Assembly (NCBI RefSeq): GCF_004010195.1
Contig: NC_057720.1
Span: 24,550,746-24,614,745 of the forward strand
From: Chiloscyllium plagiosum
Taxonomy: Eukaryota
DNA length: 64,000 nucleotides
Direction: 5' to 3'
Part shown: positions 26,041 to 39,309 of the stretch, piece after piece
Layout of the letters: each line of letters begins with the position of its first letter
Position numbering within the stretch: the first letter of the stretch is position 1
Made by a program: the position numbers and the translations under genes
Notes under the pieces: generated by a model
Seen by the model: only the letters and a program-made list of their open reading frames with translations
The model's database searches: none
Told to the model about the DNA's origin: nothing

Positions 26041-29000
26041 AAGTTGCTCGTGGACATGGATATTTTTGGAATACAGCGTTACTTGTAGGAATGAAGAGAG
26101 GCCACTCCGAGCAGGATAAGCCACTGGAAGAAGGAATGAGGACCACTGAAGAGAGAGGCCATATCCACTCAGAAGAACAGGGTCCTCTCAGCACAAATGC
26201 AACTTCTGGTTTGCAAAGCTTCAGATCAATAAAGCTCGAACTAAGTCATAAGCTGTTTTAGCAGCCTCAATGTAGTCCTAGTCAGAGAGTTAGCTTGTCT
26301 GTGTTTGTTGGGGGTGGTGGAGACAGTAATGGAGAGAATTATATCTGAAAAATATGCAGGAAATCACTGAAGGAATGATTTGCAACCTCATCGGTTCAAT
26401 TAAAAAAATGTTAAAGTGAAGATAGGAATGATACATTACTAGCATTGAATGTCTGTAAAGGATGCTTTTAGGGAAATGTATTGAATCTTTTTGTTGTTTA
26501 TGATAAGATCTTTCCAACTTGTCGAATATATAAAATGGTCTGTTCCTTTGCGTAATGAAAAACAGATAAACAGCCTCATGCAAATACATTCAGTGACTCA
26601 CAACCACAGTAACCAAACTGCAAAATTAAAACTCATGAAGTTGGGTTTCACTCAGAGATTTCACCAGTCCAGAACTACCAAGTCCATAACACAATTAAAT
26701 TTTAAGTGTGGAAAATATTATAACTGCAATTAAGCATCTTGAAGTTTGTAACACTAAATAGGCTGGGGCCCAGTCACTTTCAGAGGTTAACAGCTAGAAA
26801 GGTTGGGTCTTAAAGCAGCAAGTGAGTTTGCTGAGCTGGAGACATGGTGTCTACACTGCTTGCAGTAAGTTGTTTTGTTTCGGAGCTGAAGCTCAGTCAC
26901 TTTAATACAAAATCAATGGGCTCTGAAAGTCTCTTCAAGCAATGCAAATGCTGCTGATTCCAGGCAGTTGACACAGTACAAGTCCCAAGAAACCTTTGAT
27001 ACTTTGCCGTAGCCAAGTGGGTGTAAGGAAATCCACAAGTAGTGCAACTGAAAATTGTTAGAGCTCAAAGAAAGCCCAGGCTAGCACCACCTTAGTGAAG
27101 CTGCCTGTCTGTGAAGGAGCTGATATTGTGAGTAGATGCTAGTGTGCAGCGTCAAGACTTCAGTGCAATGCAGTCTCAGGGGAAGCAATTGAAGTACCAT
27201 CATGTTGTAACCATTGTGACAGTCCACGATGGAGATGCCTGTGAGGAAGTTCCAAGGCTGGATCTTTGAAAGTGGACAAATGTAAACACTTGTAAAAGAG
27301 ACAGACTTCCAATGAGATTTGATGACTCACTGTGTGTCTAATATCTTGATGGGATGTTTTGACTGCATCAGATAATTAAAGATCAGGCTTTTGGATGTTC
27401 AACCACAATTTGTCTGTTAATTCGCATTTGCCTCACATTACTTCAACTGTTGTTAGTGTCTGTTATGTACATATAATCATAGATTGTTTTACTTTTATTA
27501 CTTTGTAAAGTTTAATTTGTTCAAAATTCTCTAATCCACCCCTTAAGTTTTGGCTCTAAGTGCCAAAGACTTTAAGCTTTGTTTACTTTCAACATAAGAA
27601 GTTATTGGTTCTGAACAGAATTATGGCACAAATATGGCAAGCATGTCTGCCATACTAAAGTATTTATAGCCAATGGTGTACTGCTGAAGTATGATGACTT
27701 TGGTTGTGTCGCCATTTTGCATTTAACGTATCCCTATAAACAGCTCGGAGAAAATCATAAGATGATTATTATTGACCTAGTCAGGAAACTGGTGGAGAGA
27801 AAGGAAGAGGAGAATAGAATAATGTGCACATACTAATTGGCAGGGTGTGATTCATGGTGTACCACAAGGATTTGAGTTAGAGCCTCAAGTGTTCACTGTA
27901 ATTATTAGCTACTCAGATGATGTGATAGAAAGCACAAATCCAAGCATGCCAAAGACACAATCATAGACAGAACTGTAAGTGGTATGGATGGATGCATCGA
28001 GCTAACATTGCCTTCAGAGTCAAATTGCCATGCAAAAGGAAACATTTTTGGCATTATTAAAAATTCCTAGACTTTTCCTGTCAGTAAAAGTAGTTTTCTC
28101 AGCAAGTTTGAAGACAACTCCATAGTTGGCAGTGATATTAATCAAGCTGGGCAGTGATATTAATCCAGTAGAACAGTTTGAAATCCATCACACAAAAAAC
28201 AACCAGAGTAATTGGTGGCTTTCAACCATAACAAACTAAGATCGATTTCATAACAATTGCACGGAAATGCAAACCTTCTTGAAAAGATTACTTGCTTGCC
28301 CTGATGTTCTGAAGTTGCACAGAGGGAAGTCTGAAGCATTCTGCAGCGCAACCAGAGTCATTCAAAGCGATTTAATGGACCATGCTTACTGAAAGAATAC
28401 AAATGTATGGAGATATGGAAGATAGATCCTGCTATGAGGCCCAAAGATCTGTAAATGGATTTTACTACCATGTTTAGGCATTTCTAAAATCCACAAATGA
28501 TGCAATCCTATTCAGAGCTAAACAGTCCATCATGCACCAGTAGTCAGAAAAATGAGAGATCTGATTTGGTGAAATGCAATTATCTCCCATCGGGAAACGG
28601 AGGCTGAGACAGATGAATCAACAATCCATGAAGAGATGAATACAACTACAATACAATTAAAATCATACAAAGCTTTTGGGATTACCTGGGATTCCAGTCA
28701 ATGGTCTACTAAAAGGAGATGCAATCCTTGATAGACTTATATATCTCTTCTGTGTATCTGTACTATCTAGACTGGGGTGTCATTCAAAGTTTCCCACAAT
28801 TCTCCATCAACTGCACAAATGTTAGAAAAGGACAGGTCAAACAAAGTAGAGCTCTCTCCTCCCTATCTCCAATGGTGTTAAGGATGCACCTGGCACTGAA
28901 AATTTTTAATATATTTCATGACTCCAGACTCAGAGCAATGTGGTTAGCTTTCAACTGCCCTCTGGGCAATTAAGAATGGATAACAAATGCTGGCCTAGTC

Positions 29001-29589
29001 AGCGATGCCCACATGGAAATAAAACAAAAGGCAAAGACACGCCTGATAATGCATATCCCAACTTCTGAACAGACAGCGTCTCCTTCAACCTGTGACAATT
29101 ACTGACACATACCAAAGCCACAAAAGGAGTTTATTGTGGAGTTTCTGATCCCTAACAATTATGCAGCCCATTGTAAACTGATTCTCTGAGACAACAAATT
29201 CCTTTGCTCTATTAATTTGCAGAAACCTGTCGTGCTGTACTGAACGTAGCCCAAGAAAATTACAATTTATTATAGATCAGTAAATTCAATTCAATAGAAT
29301 GGTTTCTTGTTAGCATTAAGTCAAATTATGCTTTTGTCCACAGGACGTATACAGATGATTTGTCCAAGGTCACTGATGCCTTTAGCTGCCTTTCAAATCA
29401 TGTCTGGCAAAAGCTTTCAGCACATCTACAAAAACTCAAGCATACAAAGTGATTGTCATCATTCTTCTCTTGAATGTGTCAGAGTCACAGGCTTTCATTC
29501 AGAAAATAAATACAGCTGCTTAGCATTTCCATCATAGCTGTCTTCAATCTGTCATAAGCATTAAATGGTACGATTATGTCATAAACAGT

Positions 29590-30010
29590 GGAGTCTTTAG
29601 AAGAGTCCATTTTTCCAGCAATCACTTGAAATCTCTACTCCTCTGGACATTGATAATACATGGAGGACTTCAGAATGCCAAACACATTGGTTAATGGTGA
29701 ACTGTGTCTCAGTAATCAAGGTGGAAGTACAGCTCAGAAATGTTTCAAAGAAAAGCTGAAAAGAAAACTCAATTGAGCTGGCACTAGCCACTAACAGGAC
29801 ACTACCAGTGATGGTTGGTGTACAGCAACCAAGAAAGCAGCCTAGGAGTTTGGAACAAACGGATGCAATGCTGCTAACAAAAAATGGCACAGACAACGGA
29901 AGAATTCTGCTAACAGAGAGCCTGGCCTAACCAAGAGTCCCTCAGCCCCAACTACTCAGGAACCCGCAGATCGAGATTGTCGTTCTCAGTCACTCATAAT
30001 CACATGAAGT
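29590..30010 (+). mobile_element. Degenerate RTE-like LINE 3' fragment
   Basis: Translated remnant YMEDFRMPNTLVNGEL and downstream sequence resemble an RTE ORF C-terminus; heavily decayed. Confidence 0.4.
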
Positions 30011-30306
30011 ACCACAGAAAATAGGCCTCCCATGTTCTTTGCCTGCAAAGAGTCTGCACATGGAAGCATAAAACGACAACAAAATATCAATAATCAGTAT
30101 GTAATTATAGTGAAAAATTAGAAAGGTGAATGGAATGTTAGCTTTTCTTGCAAGGGGATTTATTTGCCTGACAAATTTATTACAACTCTTTTAGGTGGTA
30201 ACAAACATGTCAGATAAAAGGGAGACAGTGGGTATAAAGTATGAATTTGCTGAAGGCTTTTGGTATATACAATATAATATAATAAGTGCCCATGCTGTTG
30301 AGGTAA

Positions 30307-31336
30307 TAGAACATAGAACATAGAAGAATACAGCGCAGTACAGGCCCTTTGGCCGATCCAAGCCCACCTAACCTATACTAACCCACTATCCTCCATATAC
30401 CTATCCAATGCCCGCTTAAATGCCCATAAAGAGGGAGAGTCCACCACTGCTACTGGCAGGGCATTCCATGAACTTACGACTCGCTGAGTGAAGAACCTAC
30501 CCCTAACTTCAGTCCTATATCTACCCCCCCTTAATTTAAAGCTATGCCCCCTTGTAATACCCGACTCCATACGCGGGAAAAGGTTCACACTGTCAACCCT
30601 ATCTAACCCCCTAATCATCTTGTACACCTCAATCAAGACACNNNNNNNNNNNNNNNNNNNNNNNNNNNNNNNNNNNNNNNNNNNNNNNNNNNNNNNNNNN
30701 NNNNNNNNNNNNNNNNNNNNNNNNNNNNNNNNNNNNNNNNNNNNNNNNNNNNNNNNNNNNNNNNNNNNNNNNNNNNNNNNNNNNNNNNNNNNNNNNNNNN
30801 NNNNNNNNNNNNNNNNNNNNNNNNNNNNNNNNNNNNNNNNNNNNNNNNNNNNNNNNNNNNNNNNNNNNNNNNNNNNNNNNNNNNNNNNNNNNNNNNNNNN
30901 NNNNNNNNNNNNNNNNNNNNNNNNNNNNNNNNNNNNNNNNNNNNNNNNNNNNNNNNNNNNNNNNNNNNNNNNNNNNNNNNNNNNNNNNNNNNNNNNNNNN
31001 NNNNNNNNNNNNNTCATTTATAAAAATGACAAACCGCAATGGTCCCAAAACAGATCCTTGCGGAACACCGCTAGTAACTGCACTCCAAGATGAACCTTTA
31101 CTATCAACTACTACCCTCTGTCTTCTTCCAGCCAGCCAATTCCTAATCCAAACCTCCAACTCACCCTCAATGCCATACCTCCGTATTTTTTGAAGTAGCC
31201 TACCATGGGGAACCTTATCAAACGCCTTACTAAAATCCATATATACCACATCTACCGCTTTCCCCTCATCAACCTCCTTCGTCACCTTTTCAAATAATTC
31301 AATAAGGTTTGTGAGGCACGACCTGCCCTTCACAAA
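30307..31336 (-). mobile_element. Young CR1 LINE fragment spanning an assembly gap
   Basis: Uninterrupted RT frame KGRSCLTNLIE...YMDFSKAFDKVPH...GVPQGSVLGP and an (agaacat)n tail. Confidence 0.95.
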
Positions 31337-32102
31337 AGGATGGATTAGTATTTTTTAGCATTAGCTGACTGATCAAAGATAGATTTGAGAATGGTGGATG
31401 TGTCCCTTGGAATATTCTTTGTATATTGAAATATCCCCTTAAAGATCTGCCATTTCTTTTCTATAGATCTAATTTGGCAATTCACTGAGCTAGCTCTTCT
31501 TACATGCCCTTTTAATTGCCTTACACTTAAGTTATTTTAAAAAGAAACAGCCTTGGAATCTTTCCTTTCTCCCTCAAACTAAGCCTCCCTCAATCAATCA
31601 TATTATTACCACTTTTACATATGGATATCTTCACTATGAAATCATCTTATCTTGAAAATTGCTGAAAAAATACATTTCGTCAAAACTCTATCTTACACTC
31701 ATCAGGACAATTTAAGGGGAAACCAATATTTATACCATGCTGATCGTTTTTTAACTGGACACTGATTGTTCCCATGAAAATAGCACCAGTTAATGATGTT
31801 TGACAATTAACTGCCAGTTTCTGTTCATATTTTAAACCAGTAGTGGCATTTCCCTGAGAAATGAACCAGCAAATGTCTAAAAGCTATTTGTTGATTTAAA
31901 CTAGGCGCAGTGCATGTACATGCTCTTTTTTTGACTGCAAAGAACTGATTGTTTTAAAATATGTAAAATCCAATACACACAACTGTGCCACACTTAGCAC
32001 AATGAGGTAAAAACAATGACTGCAGATGCTGGAAACCAGTTCTGGATCAGTGGTGCTGGAAGAGCACAGCAATTCAGGCAGCATCCGAAGTGCAGCAAAA
32101 TT

Positions 32103-32130
32103 GACGTTTCGGGCAAAAGCCCTTCATCAG
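32103..32130 (-). ncRNA. Minimal type I hammerhead ribozyme motif with intact core
   Basis: Minus strand CTGATGA-A-GGGC-TTTT-GCCC-GAAAC-GTC: catalytic boxes, 4-bp helix II, palindromic ACGT helix III and a GUC cleavage triplet. Activity is not shown. Confidence 0.7.
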
Positions 32131-32308
32131 GAATAAAGGCAGAGAGCCTGAAGCGTGGAGAGATAAGCTAGAGGAGGGTGAGGGTGGGGAGAAAGTAGCA
32201 TAGAGTACAATAGGTGAGTGGGGAAGGAGATGAAGGTGATAGGTCAGGGAGGAGAGGGTGGAGTGGATAGGTGGAAAAGGAGATAGGCAGGTAGGACAAG
32301 TCCAGACA

Positions 32309-32865
32309 ACATGTATTGGGCCAAGCAGTGGAATGTGGTGAAACGGTTAAAAATTATGTCCCAATACATGTGTGAATCATAATGTAACACATGTATTGGG
32401 CCAAGCAGTGGAATGTGGTGAAACGGTTAAACATTATGTCCCAATACATGTGTGAATCTAACCGGAATGGAGGTGTTGCTTAGTCCCGTGTGAATCTTAT
32501 TACACACCTCCCCGTGTGAATCTTCTTATCTGTATGTAACCAGAATGGAATGTGTTTTTTAGCCTTGCTCTGTTGTTCACATGAATGTTTATATCTGGAA
32601 AAGAGTATATCAGCTGGAAAAGTCTCCAGTTCGGTGAGTCTGCTCCGGGGTTACGTTTAACCGCCGAGCGTGGGTTGTTGGCAACCGCTCTACGAGAACT
32701 GACGGCTCCCAGTTCCGGTAACATGTAGAGTGAGTATAAGCCAGACCCGTTGTGGCGACGCTGCGGGGAATAAAATGCCCATATTCTAGCAGACTCGCCT
32801 CTTGGTCGTTTGTTCTGTGTCAGACTACTCTCCTACGAACCTGACCTTGAGAATTTTTTAAAACA
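32309..32865 (+). mobile_element. 5'-incomplete LTR-like segment with 80-bp tandem repeat
   Basis: Two 80-bp units (32309, 32389), a CpG-rich downstream part, AATAAA at 32769, and an ...AAACA end where PLE sequence resumes. Confidence 0.6.
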
Positions 32866-34099
32866 CTGCGGTGGCAGGGGAAAGTGCCAGGATGGGAGGG
32901 TGGGTCGTGGGGGGGTGTGGACCTGACCAGGTAGTCACGGAGGAAACGGTCTTTGTGGACAGGTCAAGTCCATTTTCTTCTTATAGCCTCTAGCTTTATT
33001 TGTTAAGTTACTCTTAGTCTTGTACTTTCTATCCATTCCTGTCAAGGTCCATTTATCATTCTGATATTAATATCTTTCTCTTTGCTTTGTGTTTACACTT
33101 CAACTTACTATTTCTTCCCAAATTTGATCCCTTGTCCATACTGGGTAGTTTACAAGCCTTTGTACTTCACTAGTTATGCAGCTCATAAACCACAGCCACT
33201 GGTCACAGCACAGGTCAGATAGATGTCATCACAGTAATACAGATCCCATTCTTCCCAACACTGGTGTCAGTACCTTACAAACCTGAATCCACATGAGTTT
33301 GTACTCCACACATTAATTTCTCCAATCTGATTTAGCCTCTGCCAAATGGCAACTGATGTTAGAACACAGTTAATTTTAAGCTTGAGATAGATAATGTTTT
33401 GTTAACCAAAGGCATTAAGCTACATGAGGCTGATGCAGGTCAAATCCAATATCTCACAACTGGACAGCTGAAAACCTGCATTGTTCAAAAACTGGCCATT
33501 TTTTTCTCACAGTGGAGCAGAACTTGACCCACCTGAACTAACTCAGTCACATGACATGACCCGCATAAAAGCACCCAAATGACTAATAAAATGCATAACA
33601 CTATGCAGGTTAAAAGAAAAGATATGTTTTCATACAGGTAGTGGCAATGATACACTGTGAAGGACAACACATTTAAAGCAATCATGTCAAAAAAAAATAG
33701 GTGGCCACACATAAAGGAAACAGCCAAGAAACTGGAATTATTGATGAAATTAAATAGAGATATGTCAATGCCAAAACTGGGTAATGAGTATGAGGTGGAT
33801 ACCTAAGAATCAGTAATGACATGTAAAAAGAAATTGGCAACCAAAAGACACTGCATGAACCAGAATATGATGAGAGAGACAGAATGATGGAGTGGATGAG
33901 ACAGAGATAGTGTGAGAGGGTGCCATTGACTAGGCTGCTGCTGGTCAAGCAAGCCAAGATTTCAATGCCAAAGTAAATATTTCAACTCCAAACAAATTCA
34001 GTTCAGCTTGGTTAACCAAATTTAAAAAGAGTTATGGAATAAAGGGTGGTCACTAGGACCTTAAACTTGTGAGTCGGGGGGGGGGGGGAAAGGGGAAGG

Positions 34100-37080
34100 G
34101 AAAGTGACAGGGAGTATGGAGTCAAGTAGAAAGATAAGCAGCAGGTTGGCATGTGTGCAGGGTTTAAGTTCAAGGCAGACTAGGAATGAAGCAAAAAAGG
34201 ACAATTTAGGACATATCACTAGAGATTTTGGAAATCATGAGGATAAGAAAATTAGCATTAAGGTGCTTTACCTGAATGCTCATAGTATTTGTAACAAAGT
34301 AGATGAATTAACGGCACAAATCATCGTGAATGATTATGATGTGGTAGGCACCACAGAGATGTGGTTGCAGGGGGGTTCAGGACTGGCAGTTAAACATCCA
34401 AGGATTTACAACTTATAGAAATGACAGGAAGTGGGCAGACGAGGTGGTGTTGCCTTGTTACTTAAGAATTAAATTAAATCTATGACACTGAATGTCATAG
34501 GAGCAGAGGATGTGGAGTCTGTGTGGGTGGAGTTGAGGAACCACAAAGGCAAAAATGCCATAATGGGATTTATGTACAGACCTCCTAACAGTGGTCAGGA
34601 CTTGGAGTGCAAGATCTACAGGGAAATAGATAGGGCATGTCAGAAGACAAGGTCAAGGTGATCATGGGGGACTTCAATATGCAGGGGACTGGGTGAATAA
34701 TGTTGCCAGTGGATCCGAAGAAAGGGAATGCTTACAGGATGGCTTTTTGGAACAACTTGTGATGGAGCCCACAAGGAAGCAGGCTATTCTGGACTTAGTG
34801 CTATGTAATGAGCCAGACTTTATAAAAGATCTTAAAGTAAGAGAACACTTAGGACGCAGCGATCATAATAAGGTAGAGTTCAGTCTGCAGTTTGAAAGAG
34901 TGAAGGCAAAATCGAATGTAATAGTGTTACAGTTAAATAAAAGGTGATTACAGGGGCATGAGAGAGGACTTGTAGAAAATCGACTGGAGGCAGAGCCTAG
35001 TGGGAAAGACAGTAGAGCAACAATGGCAGGAGTTTCTAGGTGTAATTGAGGACACTGTACAGAGGGGGAGGCGATTAGACAGTCATGGCTGACAAAGGAA
35101 GTCAGGAAATGTATCAAAGAAAAGGAGAGAGCCTATAAATGGCCAATAGCACTGGGAAATCAGAAGATTGGGAAGGCTACAGAAACAAACAGAGGATAAG
35201 AAGGAGAGAAAGAAGGAAGGAGAGGATCAAATATGAAGGTAGGCTAGCCAATAATATTAGAAATGATTGGAAATGTTTGTTTCGATACATAAGAAACAAA
35301 CGAGAGGCAAATGTAGCATTGGGCAGCTCCAAATTGATGCAGGAAGGCTAGTGCTGGGAGAGAAGGAAGTAGCTGAAGAACTTAATTAGTACTTTGTGTC
35401 AGCCTTCTCAGTGGAAGACATGTGTAATACCCCAACAATTAAGGAGAGTCGGGCGCAGAGTTGAGTATAGTAGCCATTACAAAAGAGAAAGTGCTAGAAA
35501 AGCTAAAAGGTCTAAAAATTGATAGATCTCCTGCTCCCAATACTAGAGTTCTGAGGGAGGTGGCTGAAGAAATAGCAGAGGCTTTGATTGTGATCTTTCA
35601 AAAGTCACTGGAGTCAGGGAAAGCCCCAGATGATTGGAAAATCACTGTTGTAATCCCCTTGTTCAAGAAAGGGTCAAAACAAAAGATGGAAAATTACGGG
35701 CCGATTAGCCAAACCTCAGTTGTCATTCTAGAATCTCTCATTAAGGATGAGATTACTAAATTCTTGGAAGTGCAGCGTTGGATTAGAACAAGTCAGCATG
35801 GATTTAGTAAGGGGAGGTTGTGACTAAAAACCTGTTAGAATTCTTTGAAGAGGTAACAATTAGGTTAGAAAAGGGAAACCCAGTGTTTGTTATCTATCTA
35901 GACTTCCTAAAGGCCTTTGATAGCGTGCCTCACTGAAGGCTGCTGAGTAAGATGAGGGCCCATGGTGTTCGAGGTGAGCTACTGGCATGTATTGAGGATT
36001 GGCTGTCTGACAGAAGGCAGAGAGTTAGGATAAACATTCTTTTTCGGAATGACAGCCGGTGACAAGTGGTGTCCCACAGGGTTCAGTACTGGGACCGCAG
36101 TTGTTCACTTTATATATTATTGATCTGGATGAAAGGACTGGGGATATTCTGGTGAAATTTGCCAATGATACGAAGTTAGGTGAACAAGCAGGTAGTACTG
36201 AGATGGTGGGGAGGCTGCAAAAAGATTTAGATGGTTTAGGAGAGTGGTTCAGGAAATGGCTGATGAAATTCAACATGAGCAAATGTGAGGTCTTGCATTT
36301 TGGAAAAAAGAATACAGGCATGGACTATTTTCTAAATGGTGAGAAAATTCATAAAGCCAAAATACAAAAAGATCTGGGAGTGCTAGTCCAGGATTCTCTA
36401 AAGGTTAACTTGCAGGTTGAGTCCATGATTAAGAAAGTAAATGTAATGTTGTCATTTATCTCAAGAGGGTTGGAATATAAAAGCAGAGATGTGCTACTGA
36501 GACTTTATAAAGCTCTGGTTAGGCCCCATTTAGAACGTGTCCAATTTTGAGCCCCACACCTCAGGAAGGACATACTGGCACTGGAGCATGTCCAGCGGAG
36601 ATTCACACAGATGATCCCTGGAATGGTAGGCCTAAAATACGATGAACAACTGAGGATCCTGGAATTGTAATCATTCAAGTTTAGAAGGAATTTTGAGGGA
36701 GATCTAATAGAAATTTACAAGATAATGCAAGGCCTACAAAGGGTGGATGCTGGGAATTTGTTTCTGTTAGATGGAGAGATTAGGACCTGTGGGCACAGCC
36801 ATAGAATTAGAGGGGGTCAATTTAGAACAGAAATGAGGAGACATTTCTTCAGCCAGAGAGTGGTGGCCTGTGGAATTCATTGCCACAGAGTGCAGTGGAG
36901 GCTGGGACGTTAAATGTCTTCAAGGCAGAGATTGATAAATTCTTGATCTCGCAAGGAATTAAGGGATACAGGGAGAATGTGGGTAAGTGGTGTTGAAATG
37001 CCCATCAGCCATGATTAAATGGTGGAGTGGACTCGATGGGCCGAATGGCCTTACTTCCACTCCTACGTCTTATGGTCTTA
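34100..37080 (+). mobile_element. CR1 LINE, nearly complete ORF2 (APE endonuclease + RT), disrupted
   Basis: KVLYLNAHSICNKVDEL, EPTRKQAILDLVL, SDH, QHGFSKGR, GVPQGSVLGPQLF, KFANDTK, and a 3' tail cttatggtctta. Multiple frameshifts; antisense in ap1m intron 1. Confidence 0.95.
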
Positions 37081-37869
37081 ATTAGAAGTGGGTGGAGATA
37101 AAACCTCAGCAGATCGAGGCAGCTGAAGATACATGGAGAATTTGTTAAGTTAATTGTGTTTGAAAGCTTCCAGCTGAATAAATCTATATTGTGGATAAAT
37201 AGTCCCTTTTTTTCATTACATACCAACAAAAGCTTAAAATGCTGTCAATAGGTCAGCACCAAGCAGTATAAAACAAACAAAAACAAGGTTTAGCAAGCTT
37301 TGGTGTGCTAATGTGGCAAGCACACATAAGCGCAAGCTGATACATTGGTAAAAGCCAGTGCCTGAGATATTTCAAGGGGGGGGGGGGGGGGGGGGGGGGG
37401 GATAATAATCTTATTGTAATATAAATGCTATTACTTATTTTGCTAATTTTATGTGTTCCCTATTCATTAAATTACAGCTTGACGAACATATTGTAATTCT
37501 AAATTCAGCATAGCCTGTAAGGCAGTCTTCTTTGCTCACAATGGCTGAACTTTTCCCAGAGATGCCCATGACAGTTCAAGACAAAAAGATTTGGTTTGAT
37601 GGTAAATCATTTCAGATGTGGGTGAACTGTCCAAGGAAGAGCAGAGAAAAGCTTGTGCAGAATCCAGAGAGGTAGAACATTAAGCTCTGTCTTGTGTTTG
37701 ACATCAGGACAATTTCCTATTCTTGCCACAGTTCAGCCACCCAAATGGATGGCCATGGCCTTAAATTCATCTCTCAACCTTCTCAACGCCACAGAATATT
37801 GATTCATTTTACTCAGCATTTTCTTGGACAAGGGTTATGGAATTGTATGATAGAACAGAATTTTGAATA

Positions 37870-38278
37870 ATAGAGAGGCTGAATAGGCTGGGGCTATTTC
37901 AGAGGGGTGTCTTTACAAGGGTTTATATAATCATGAGGGGCATGGATAGGATGAATAGCCAAGGTCTTTTTTCCTGGGTAGGGGAGTTCAAAATTAGAAG
38001 GCATAGGTTTAAAGTGAGAGGAGAAAGGTTTAAAGGGGACCTAAAGGGCAATTTTTTCACACAGAGGGTGCTATGCATATGGAATGAACTGCCAGAGGAA
38101 GTGGTGCAGGCTGGTACAATTAGAACATTGAAAAGACATATAGATGGGTACATGAATAGGAAGGGTTTAGAGGGATATGGGCAAAGTACTGGTAAATGGG
38201 ACTACATTAATTTAGGATTTCTGGTCAGCATGGATGACTTGAACCAAGGGTCTGTTTCTGTTCTGTATAACTCAATGG
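37870..38278 (+). mobile_element. CR1 3' fragment
   Basis: ORF 37933..38316 reads GNFFTQRVLCIWNELPEEVV. Confidence 0.9.
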
Positions 38279-38294
38279 CTGTAATGCTTAGTGA

Positions 38295-38495
38295 TCTTTC
38301 CCTGCTTCAGCTGTAGGCTGCTCTGGCGGACGATGAGGTGCTGTTCCTTCAATTTGTGGCAATGGAGGAGGCTAAGGATGGTCATGTCAGAAAGGGAATG
38401 GGAAGGAGCATTAAAATGGGCGGTGACTGGAAGGTCAGGTCGGCCCCTGCGAACCCAGCTGAGATGCGAGGTGAAACGTTTACATTTGGTCTCCG
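38295..38495 (-). mobile_element. PLE GIY-YIG endonuclease fragment
   Basis: ETKCKRFTSHL...DLPVTAHFNAPSHSLSDMTIL is homologous to 61680-61890. Confidence 0.75.
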
Positions 38496-39309
38496 ATGTG
38501 GAACAGAATATCCATCCCAGCAGGCTCCAGGCTGCCCACTGTGGAGGCGGCCCCTTGTACTTTAGCCCCATAATTACAGGAAAGGGTTAACGCAGAGAGG
38601 AATTTTGCACAGGACGTGACACTCAAAAGGAGGACAAGAGACTTGGATCCTATTTCAGCTGGAATAACATTTCTCTGACATTGGCCAACTCACTTGAGCC
38701 TCAGTCTATAGTGTCTTGTATGCGTGACGGCAGCAGCACAGATGTTTCGAGATGAAAATGTAAACAGGTTTTATCAGCAGCAATCCTCGGGCTGGCAAAC
38801 ATACAGAGGGTTGCAAGTCCCTGGGAGGTGGGAGTGCTCACACTCTGAGTCTTCCATCAGGGACCCCTGATGTGGGGTGGGGAGGGGAGCTGGTAAAGCG
38901 CTCCTTATTAGTTTTGCGACTTCCCTGCACACATTGAAAAGACATCACGAAGCAACTAATCCGACAAGTAAGCCCCGGACATCACTCTGTGGGGTGGGGG
39001 GGAGGAGTTTCAAGGACAGACCGAAAGAAACAGCCATGATGAAAACTAATCCTTATTAGTGTTGAATTCCAGGCAGAACTTTTTCTCCATTTTATTTACA
39101 GCCAAAACAAAAAAATGTACTCCCTCAGACCCGGGGGCGGGGGTAGAGAAAACAACTTTGGTCCTGATTTAAAAGTTTTTTCAAACGTTTGAGCGAACTG
39201 AGCTCCCCCCTTGCAAGTGAAATTGCAAAGCTCAGGTGAAACTGACGCAGGGTCACCTGTGTCTTCAGGTAGACTGCCCCCCTATTCCCTCTCTCAGACT
39301 CTCCCTCAC

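Larger units (their letters stand above)
32004..32960 (-). mobile_element. Penelope-like element 3' end interrupted by an LTR
   Basis: Terminal repeat with hammerhead at 32004-32308 (near-identical to 54819-55076); PLE linker sequence resumes at 32866-32960. Confidence 0.8.

Noticed and set aside
26747..27628. LTR-like segment starting tgtaaca (and a similar-looking segment at ~21590-21995)
   Set aside because: No matching termini or TSD could be established.
32309..32460. Palindromic repeats resembling a CRISPR array
   Set aside because: There are only two units, the loops are near-identical rather than unique spacers, the context is vertebrate, and no cas genes are present.
37376..37401. 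Poly-G runs (also ~17736 and ~34076) as G-quadruplex elements
   Set aside because: Simple homopolymers of unreliable length with no supporting context.
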